A program made the translations under genes and the position numbers. From contig NC_069006.1 in assembly GCF_001194135.2 (NCBI RefSeq), forward strand, positions 23,844,344 to 23,877,071: a stretch of DNA of 32,728 nt. The letters run 5' to 3'. The stretch's first letter is position 1, and every line of letters begins with the position of its first letter. The stretch is from Octopus bimaculoides. Its lineage: Eukaryota. Below are positions 23,606 to 32,728 of the stretch, piece after piece. The notes below the pieces were generated by a model that saw only the letters and a list, made by a program, of their open reading frames with translations, searched no databases and was not told the DNA's origin.

Positions 23606-25801
23606 TTACTTCATTGGTACGTACGTAGGTACGCTCGTTCGTTATTTCGTACGTGAGTAGGTTTGTTCGTACGTACGTACGCATGTACGTAATCGTTCGT
23701 ATGTACGTTCCTTCGTACGTACGTTTGTTCGTTAAATCATTCGATCATTCGTTCGTATGTACGTACTTTCGTTCGTTCGTTCGTTCGTACGTTCGTACCT
23801 ACGTACATACGTACGTACGTTCGTACATACGTACGTACGTACGTTCGTTCGGTCGTGAATTGGATCGTTCGTACGTACGTACGTACGTTCGTTCATTCAT
23901 TCGTTCGTTCGTTCGTTCGTTCGTTAATTCTTCCGTTCGTTCGTTAATTCTTTCGTTCGTTACTTCATTCGTACGTACGTAAGTACGCTCGTTTGTTAGT
24001 TTGTACGTATGTACGTTCGTTCGTTCATACGTACGCATGTACGTAGTTCGTTCGTATGTACGTTCCTTCGTACGTACGTACGTTTGTTCGTTAAATCATT
24101 CGTTCATTCGTTCCTATGTACGTACGTTCTTTCGTTCGAACGTTCCTTCGTTCGTACCTACGTACATACGTACGTACGTTCGTAGATACGTACGTACGTT
24201 CGTTCGTTCTTCCGTGGATCGTTCGTACCTACGTACGTTCGTTCATTCATTCATTCGTTCGTTCGTTCGTTCGTTCGTTAATTCTTTCGTTCGTTCGTAA
24301 ATTCTTTCGTTCGTTACTTCATTCGTACGTACGTAAGTACGCTCGTTCGTTAGTTCGTACGTATGTACGTTCGTTCGTTCGTACGTACGCATGTACGTAG
24401 TTCGTATGTACGTTCCTTCGTACGTAGTACGTTTGTTCGTTAAATCATTCGTTCATTCGTTCGTATGTACGTACGTACGTTTGTTCGTTAAATCATGCGT
24501 TCATTCGTTTGTATGTACGTACGTTCGTTCGTTCGTACGTTCGTTCGTTCGTACTTACGTACATACGTAAGTACGTTCGTACTTACGTACGTACGTTCGT
24601 TCGTTCGTACGTACGTACGTTGGTTCGTTCGTAGTACGTACCTTCGTTCATCGTTCATTCGGAAGTACATTCGTACGTTCATACGTACGTACGTAAGTTC
24701 GGTTACGTACGTTCGTTCGTACGTACGTTCTTACGTACGTTCTTACGTTATTTCGTGCCTACGTAGTTACGTACGTTCGTTCGTTCATTCATTCATTCGT
24801 TCGTTCGTTCGTTCGTTCGTTCGTTCGTTCGTTCGTTCGTTAATTCTTTCGTTCGTTCGTTACTTCATTCGTACGTACGTAAGTACGCTCGTTCGTTAGT
24901 TCGTACGTATGTACGTTCGTTCGTTCGTACGTACGCATGTACGTAGTTCGTTCGTATGTACGTTCCTTCGTACGTACGTTTGTTCGTTAAATCATTCGTT
25001 CATTCGTTCGTATGTACGTACGTTCGTTCGTACGTTCGTTCGATCGTACCTACGTACATACGTACGTACGTTCGTACATACTTACGTACGTTCGTTCTTA
25101 CGTACGTACGGTCGTTCATTCATTCGTTCGTTCGTTCGTTCGTTCGTTAATTCTTTCGTTCGTTGGTTAATTCTTCCGTTGGTTACTTTATTCGTACGTA
25201 AGTACTATCGTTCGTTAGTTCGTACGTATGTACGTTCGTTCGTTCGTACGTACGCATTTACGTAGTTCGTTCGTATGTACGTTCCTTCGTACGTACGTAC
25301 GTTTGTTCGTTAAATCATTCGTTCATTCGTTCGTATGTACGTACGAACGTTTGTTCGTTAAATCATGCGTTCATTCGTTCATATGTACGTACGTTCGTTC
25401 GTTCGTACGTACGTACGTTGGTTCGTTCGTAGTACGTACCTTCGTTCGTCGTCCGTTCGTAAGTACGTTCGTTCGTTCGTACGTACGTTCTTACGTTATT
25501 TCGTGCCTACGTAGTTACGTACGTTCGTTCGTTAGTTCGATCGTACGTACGTTCGTGGTACGTACGTTCGTACTACGTACGTTCGTTCGTTTGTTTGTAC
25601 GTACGTTCATTCGTTCGTCCGATTGATCGTTCATTTATTCGTTAGTTCGTTCGCTCGTTAATTCTTTCGTTTTTTCCTTAATTCTTTCGTTCGGTACTTC
25701 ATTCGTACGTACGTAAGTACGCTCGTTCGTTAGTTCGTACGTGCGTATGTTCGTTCGTACGTACGTACGCATGTACGTAATTCGTTTGTATGTACGTTCC
25801 T

Positions 25802-25901
25802 NNNNNNNNNNNNNNNNNNNNNNNNNNNNNNNNNNNNNNNNNNNNNNNNNNNNNNNNNNNNNNNNNNNNNNNNNNNNNNNNNNNNNNNNNNNNNNNNNNN
25901 N
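25802..25901. other. Assembly gap (100 N)
   Basis: N run. Confidence 0.99.
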
Positions 25902-26597
25902 TCGTTCCTATGTACGTACGTTCGTTCGTTCGTACGTTCCTTCGTTCGTACGTTCCTTCGTTCGTACGTTCCTTCGTTCGTACCTACGTACATACGTTTG
26001 TTCGTTAAATCATTCGTTCATTCGTTCGTATGTACGTACGTACGTTTGTTCGTTAAATCATACGTTCATTCGTTCGTATGTACGTACGTTCGTTCGTTCG
26101 TACGTTCGTTCGTTCGTACGTACGTTGGTTCGCTCGTAGTACGTTCTTTCGTTCGTCGTTCGTTCGTAAGTACGTTCGTTCTTTCGTACGTACGTACGTT
26201 CGTTTACGTACGTTCGTTCGTTCGTACGTACGTTCTTACGTTATTTCGTGCCTACGTAGTTACGTACTTTCGTTCGTTAGTTCGATCGTACGTACGTTCG
26301 TACATACGTACGTACGTTCGTTCGTACATACGTACGTACGTTCGTTCGTTCGTCCGTGGATCGTTCGTACGTAGGTACGTTCGTTCATTCATTCGTTCGT
26401 TCGTTCGTTCGTTCGTTAATTCGTTCGTTCGTTACTTCATTCGTACGTACGTAAGTACGCTCGTTCGTTAGTTCGTACGTATGTACGTTCGTTCGTACGT
26501 ACGCATGTACGTAGTTCGTTCGTATGTACGTTCCTTCATACGTACGTTTGTTCGTTAAATCATTCGTTCATTCGTTCGTATGTACGTACGTTCGTTT

Positions 26598-26790
26598 NNN
26601 NNNNNNNNNNNNNNNNNNNNNNNNNNNNNNNNNNNNNNNNNNNNNNNNNNNNNNNNNNNNNNNNNNNNNNNNNNNNNNNNNNNNNNNNNNNNNNNNNNNN
26701 NNNNNNNNNNNNNNNNNNNNNNNNNNNNNNNNNNNNNNNNNNNNNNNNNNNNNNNNNNNNNNNNNNNNNNNNNNNNNNNNNNNNNNNNNN
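26598..26790. other. Assembly gap (193 N)
   Basis: N run. Confidence 0.99.
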
Positions 26791-27929
26791 ACGTACGTTC
26801 GTTCCTCCGTTGGATCGTTCGTACGTACGTTCATTCATCCGTTCGTTAGTTCGTTCGTTAATTCTTTCGTTCGTTCGTTAATTCTTTCGTTCGTTACTTC
26901 ATTCGTACGTACGTAAGTACGCTCTTTCGTTAGTTCGTACGTGCGTACGTTCGTTCGTACGTACGTACGCATGTACGTAGTTCGTTCGTATGTACGTTCC
27001 TTCATACGTACGTTTGTTCGTTAAATCATTCGTTCATTCGTTCGTATGTACGTACGTTCGTTTGTAAGTACGTTCGTTCGTTCGTACCTACGTACGTACC
27101 TTCGTACATACGTGCGTACGCTCGTTCGGTCGTCACTTGGATCGTTCGTACGTACGTACGTTCGTTCATTCATTCGTTTGTTCGTTCGTTCGTTAATTCT
27201 TTCGTTCGTTACTTCATTGGTACGTACGTAAGTACTCTCGTTCGTTCGTTCGTACGTATGCATGTACGTAGTTCGTTCGTATGTACGTTCCTTCGTACGT
27301 ACGTACGTTTGTTCGTTAAATCATTCGTTCATTCGTTCGTATGTACGTACGTACGTACGTACGTATGTACGTTCTTTCGTTCAATCGTTTGTTCGTTCGT
27401 TCGTTCGTACGTTTGATCGTTTAACGAACAAACGTACGTACGTACGAAGGAACGTACATAAGAACGAACTACGTACTTGCGTACGTACGTACGAACGAAC
27501 GAAAGAATTAACGATCGAACGAACGAATGAATGAACGAACCTACGTACGTACGTACGTACGAAAGATCAAACAGACGAACGAACGAACGTGCGTACGTAC
27601 AAACGTAAGTAAGAACGAAAGTACGTACGTACGATCGAACGAAGTAACGAACGAGCGTACATACGTACGAACGAAGGAACGTACGTAGTACGAACGAACA
27701 TACGTAGTATGAACGAACGTAAGTAGTACGAACGTACGTACGTAGTACGAACGAACGTACGTACATAGTACGAACGAACGTACGTACATAGTACGAACGA
27801 ACGTACGTAGCACGAACGTACGTACGAACGAACGTACGTAACTAAGTAGGCAGGAAATAACGTAAGAACGTACGTACGAACGAACGAACGTACGTACGTA
27901 TGTACGAACGTACGTACGTATGTACGAAC

Positions 27930-27939
27930 NNNNNNNNNN
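27930..27939. other. Assembly gap (10 N) with duplicated flanks
   Basis: N run; 27743-27929 is repeated at 27940-28126. Confidence 0.99.
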
Positions 27940-29240
27940 TAGTACGAACGAACGTACGTACATAGTACGAACGAACGTACGTACATAGTACGAACGAACG
28001 TACGTAGCACGAACGTACGTACGAACGAACGTACGTAACTAAGTAGGCAGGAAATAACGTAAGAACGTACGTACGAACGAACGAACGTACGTACGTATGT
28101 ACGAACGTACGTACGTATGTACGAACGTACGTACGTATGTACGAACGTACGCACGTATGTACGAACGTACGCACGTATGTACGTAGGTACGAACGAACGT
28201 ACGAACGAATGAATGAACGAACGTACGTACGTACGAACGATCCAACGGACGAACGAACGAACGTACGTACGTATGTACAAACGTACGTAAGTACGAACGT
28301 ACGTACGTATGTACGTAGGTACGAACGAACGAACGTACGTACATACGAACGAATGAACGAATGATTTAACGAACAAACGTACGTATGTACGAAGGAACGT
28401 ACATACGAACGAACTGCGTACATGCGTACGTACGAACAAACGAACGTACATACGTACGAAGTAACGAACGAGCGTACTTACGTTCGTACGAATGAAGTAA
28501 CGAACGAAAGCATTAACGAACGAACAAAAGAATTAACGAACTAACGAAAGAACGAACGAACGAACGAATGAATGAACGAACGTACGTACGTACGAACGAA
28601 CGTACGTACGTATGTACGAACGTACGTACGTATGTACGTAGGTACGAACGAACGAACGTACGAACAAACGAACGAACGTATAAATGAACGAACGTACGCA
28701 CGTACAAACGATCAAACGGATGAACGAACGAACGTACGTACAAACAAACGAATGAATGAAAGAACGTACGTACGAATGATCAAACGAACGAATGAACGTG
28801 CGTACGCACAAACGTAAGTAAGAACGAACGTACGTACGTACGATCGAACGAAGGAGCGAACGAGCGTACATACGTACGAACGATCGAAAGTACGTAGTAC
28901 GAACGAACATACGTAGTACGAACGAGCGTAAGTAGTACGAACGTACGTACGTAGTACGAACGAACGTACGTACATAGTACGAACGAACGTACGTGGTACG
29001 AACGTACGTAGCACGAACGTACGTAACTAAGTAGGCAGGAAATAACGTAAGAACGTACGTACGAACGAATGAACGTAAGTAAACGAACGTCCGTACGTAC
29101 GTTCGAACGAACGTACCTACGAACGAACGACGAACGAACGTACGTACGTACGAACGAACCAACGTACGTACGTACGAACGAACGAACGTACGTACGTAGG
29201 TACGAACGAACGCACGTACGTATGTACGAACGTACGTATG

Positions 29241-29320
29241 TACGAACGTACGTACGTATGTACGAACGTACGTACGTATGTACGAACGTACGTACGTATG
29301 TACGAACGTACGTACGTATG
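29241..29320 (-). repeat. 20-bp tandem repeat (TACGAACGTACGTACGTATG) x4
   Basis: Four exact copies; a rotation of the reverse complement of the unit at 20181. Confidence 0.9.
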
Positions 29321-32300
29321 TACGTAGGTACGAACGAACGAACGTACGAACCAAAGAACGTACGTACATACGAACGAATGAACGAATGATTTAACGAACA
29401 AACGTACGTACGTACGAAGGAACGTACATACGAACGATCTACGTACATGCGTACGTACGAACGAACGAACGTACATACGTACGAACTAACGAACGAGCGT
29501 ACTTACGTACGTACGAATGAAGTAACGAACGAACGAAAGAATTAACGAACGAACGAACGAACGAACGAACGAATGAATGAACGAACGTACATACGTACGA
29601 ACGATCCATCGGACGAACGAACGAACGAACGTACGTACGATCCAACGGACGAACGAACGAACGAACGGACGTTCGAACGAACAAACGTACGTACGTACGA
29701 ACGAATGAACGAATGATTTAACGAAGAAACGTACGTATGTACGAAGGAACGTACATACGTACGAACTAACGAACGAGCGTACTTACGTACGTACGAATGA
29801 AGTAACGAACGAAAGAATTAACGAACGAACGAAAGAATTAACGAACGAACGAAAGAATTAACGAACGAACGAACGAATGAATGAACGAACGTACGTACGT
29901 AAGAACGATCCAATTGACGACCGAACGAACGTACGTACGTATGTACGAACGTACGTACGTAGGTACGAACGAACGTACGAACGAACGAACGTACGTACAT
30001 ACGAACGAATGAACGAATGATTTAACGAACAAACGTACGTACGTACGAAGGAACGTACATACGAACGAACTGCGTACATGCGTACGTACGTACGAACGAA
30101 CGTACGCACGTACGAACTAACGAACGAGCGTAGTTACGTACGTACGAATGAAGTAACGAACGAAAGAATTAACGAACAAACGAAAGAATTAACGAACAAA
30201 CGAAAGAATTAACGAGCGAACGAACGAACGAATAAATGAACGAACGTACGTGCGTACGTACGAACGATCAATCGGACGAACGAATGAACGTACGTACAAA
30301 CAAACGAACGAACGTACGTAGTACGAACGTACGTAGTACGAACGTACGTACGATCGAACTAACGAACGAACGTACGTAACTACGTAGGCACGAAATAACG
30401 TAAGAACGTACGTACGAACGAACGAACGTACGTAAACGAACGTACGTACGTACGTACGAAAGAACGAACGTACTTACGAACGAACGACGAACGAAAGAAC
30501 GTACTACGAGCGAACCAACGTACGTACGTACGTACGAACGAACGTACGTACGTATGTACGAAGGTACGAACGAACGAACGTGCGAACGAACGAACGTACG
30601 TACATACGAACGAATGAACGTATGATTTAACGAACAAACGTACGTACGTACATACGAACGAATGAACGAATGATTTAACGAACAAACGTATGTACGTACG
30701 AAGGAACGTACATACGACCGAAGTACGCACATGCGTACGTAAGAACGAACGTACATACGTACGAACTAACGAACGAGCGTACTTACGTACGTACGAATGA
30801 AGTATCGAACGAAAGAATTAACGAACGATCGAATGAATTAACGAACGAACGAATGAATGAACGAATGTACGTAGGTACGAAAGAACGAACGAACGAACGT
30901 ACGAACGAACGAACGTACGTACATACGAACAAATGAACAAATGATTTAACGAACAAACGTACGTACGTACGAAGGAACGTACATACAAACGAACTACGTA
31001 CATGCGTACGTACGTACGAACGAACGTACGTACGTACGAACGTACGTACGTACGAACTAACCAACGACCGTACTTACGTACGTACGAATGAAGGAACGAA
31101 CGAAAGAATTAACGAACGAACGAAAGAATTAACGAGCGTACATACGTACGTACGAACGAACGGACGTACGAACGAACGAACGTACGTTCATACGAACGAA
31201 AGAACGAATGATTTAACGAACAAACGTACGTACGAAGGAACGTACGTACGAACGAACTACGTACATGCGTACGTACAAACGAACGAACGTACATACGTAA
31301 GAACTAACGAACGAGCGTACTTACGTACGTACGAATGAAGTAACGAACGAAAGAATTAACGAACAAACGAAAGAATTAACGAACGAACGAACGAACAAAC
31401 GAATGAATGAACGAACCTACGTACATACGAACGATCGATCGGACGAACGTACGTACAAACAAACGAACGAACGAACGAATGAATGAAAGAACGTACGTAC
31501 GTATGATCAAATGAACGAACGAACGAACGTGCGTACGTACAAACGTAAGTAATATCGAACGTACGTACGTGCGATCGAACGAAGGAAAGAACGAGCGTAC
31601 ATACGTACGAACGAACGTAAGTAGTACGAACGTACGTAGCACGAACGTACGAACGAACTACCGAACGTACGTACGTAACTACATAGGCACGAAAAAACGT
31701 AAGAACGTACGTACGAACGAACGAACGTACGTAAACGAACGTACGTACTACGAACGAACCAACGAACGAACGAACGTACGTACATATGTACGAATGTACG
31801 AACGTACGTACGTATGTACCTAGGTACGAATGAACGAACGTACGAACGAACGAACGTACGTACGTAGGAGCGAATAAACGAACTAACGAACAAATGAACG
31901 TACGTACGCACTAAAGAAGCAACGAACGAACAAACGAACGAACGAAAGAACGTACGTACGAACGAACGTACGTACGTACGGACAAACAAACGAACGTACG
32001 TACGTACAAACGACTGAACGAACGATTTAACGAACAAACGTACGTACATTCGAACGAACGAACGTACGTACGTACTACGTTCGAACCAACGTACGTACAT
32101 ACGAACGAAAGAACGAATGATTTAACGAACAAACGTACGTACGTACGAAGGAACGTACATACGAACGAACTACGTACATGCGTACGTACGTACGAACGAA
32201 CGAACGTACGTAAACAAACGTACGGACGTACGTACGAACTAACGAACGTACCTACGAACGAACGACGAACGAACGACGAACGACGAACGAACGTACGTAC

Positions 32301-32408
32301 TACAAACGAACCAACGTACGTACGTACGAACGAACGAACGTACGTACGTACGAACTAACGAACGAGCGAACGAACGAAAGAACGAACAAAAGAATTAACG
32401 AACGAACA

Positions 32409-32728
32409 CATGTACGCAGTTCGTTCGTATGTACCTTCCTTCGTACATACGTAAGTTTTTTCGTTAAATCATTCGTTCGTTAATTCTTTCGTTCGTTACT
32501 TCATTCGTACGTACGTAAGTACGCTCTTTTGTTAGTTCGTACGTATGTACGTTCGTTCGTTCGTACGTACGCATGTACGTTCGTTCGTACGTACGTACGC
32601 ACGTACGTACGTTCGTACGTACGCACGTTCGCACGTACGTACGCACGTACGCACGTTCGTACGTACGTACGCACGTACGTACGTTCGTACGTACGCACGT
32701 ACGTACGTTCGTACGTACGCACGTTCGT
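32409..32728 (+). repeat. Satellite orientation block 7 (TTCG on + strand), truncated by the window end
   Basis: Starts CATGTACGCAGTTCGTTCG at 32409; core marker near 32497. Confidence 0.88.
32576..32728 (+). repeat. CACG-rich sub-array with a 24-bp unit (TACG TACG CACG TACG TACG TTCG)
   Basis: 38 consecutive CG-ending tetramers; 24-bp units at 32592, 32664 and 32688. Confidence 0.85.

Larger units (their letters stand above)
16222..27419 (+). repeat. Satellite orientation block 5 (~11.2 kb, TTCG on + strand)
   Basis: T-rich tetramers; core TTACTTCATTCG recurs about 24 times, mostly at ~290-610 bp spacing. Confidence 0.95.
27420..32408 (-). repeat. Satellite orientation block 6 (~5.0 kb, CGAA on + strand)
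   Basis: A-rich tetramers starting at TTTAACGAACAAACG (27420); about 7 reverse-complement cores. Confidence 0.93.
598..32728. repeat. CpG-rich complex satellite array derived from (TTCG)n/(TACG)n tetranucleotide repeats, with higher-order structure; continues past the window end
   Basis: Nearly the whole interval parses into tetramers TTCG, TACG and single-base variants (TTCA, TATG, TACA, TTTG, TTCC, TTAG, TAAG, CTCG, CACG) or their reverse complements. Recurrent diagnostic motifs (TTACTTCATTCG...TAAGTACGCTCG, TTAAATCATTCG, CCGTTGGATCG, TTATTTCGTGCCTACG) mark monomers. Confidence 0.97.

Noticed and set aside
4707-32540. CRISPR-like pattern of a conserved ~40-bp core separated by variable sequence
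   Set aside because: The intervening segments are 120-1700 bp, homologous to each other and made of the same tetramers, so they are not unique spacers; there are no cas genes and the context is eukaryotic.
610-32722. The several hundred ORFs of 60-562 aa in the supplied track
   Set aside because: They are RSFV/RTYV/NERT translations of stop-free tetramers, overlap in all frames on both strands, often span N-gaps or start at non-ATG codons, and show no domain-like complexity.
32600-32724. Cluster of RCGTG (HIF-response-like) and ACGT (bZIP/bHLH core) motifs
   Set aside because: These 4-5-bp motifs follow automatically from the CACG/TACG composition; nothing in the sequence indicates a regulatory role.
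598-32728. Telomeric repeat or CpG-island promoter
   Set aside because: No TTAGGG/TTAGG-type G-rich repeat and no consistent polarity; the CpG richness comes from the tandem unit, with no associated gene or complex sequence.

Overview
Non-coding eukaryotic DNA with no credible protein-coding gene. Positions 1-597 are AT-rich, largely unique flank containing a (TA)n tract, a short imperfect direct repeat and a probable truncated tRNA-derived SINE head (345-412). From ~598 to the end (~32 kb, 11 N-gaps totalling ~1.2 kb) the window is one CpG-dense satellite array built from tetramers ending in CG: strand-asymmetric TTCG/CGAA, self-complementary TACG (ACGT), and their point-mutant variants. The array has several levels of organisation: 4-bp units; 15-24-bp local minisatellites; a ~0.3-0.6 kb modular monomer marked by a conserved 40-bp core (about 50 copies counted by eye); and a ~1.3-1.4 kb super-unit at 8.4-12.7 kb. 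It flips orientation six times (~2431, ~2645, 5528, 16221, ~27420, 32408), never at a gap, and the 16221 switch is an in-register 83-bp fold-back with an 8-nt spacer. Diagnostic variants are spatially layered, with one subfamily in the centre and another shared by the two large CGAA-oriented blocks on either side. All ORFs inside the array are artefacts of stop-free tetramer repeats (RSFV/RTYV and NERT peptides). I found no evidence for a new gene-encoded system. The interesting object is the architecture and evolution of this microsatellite-derived satellite, and several gap-flanking duplications show the assembly itself needs long-read confirmation. All counts were made by eye.
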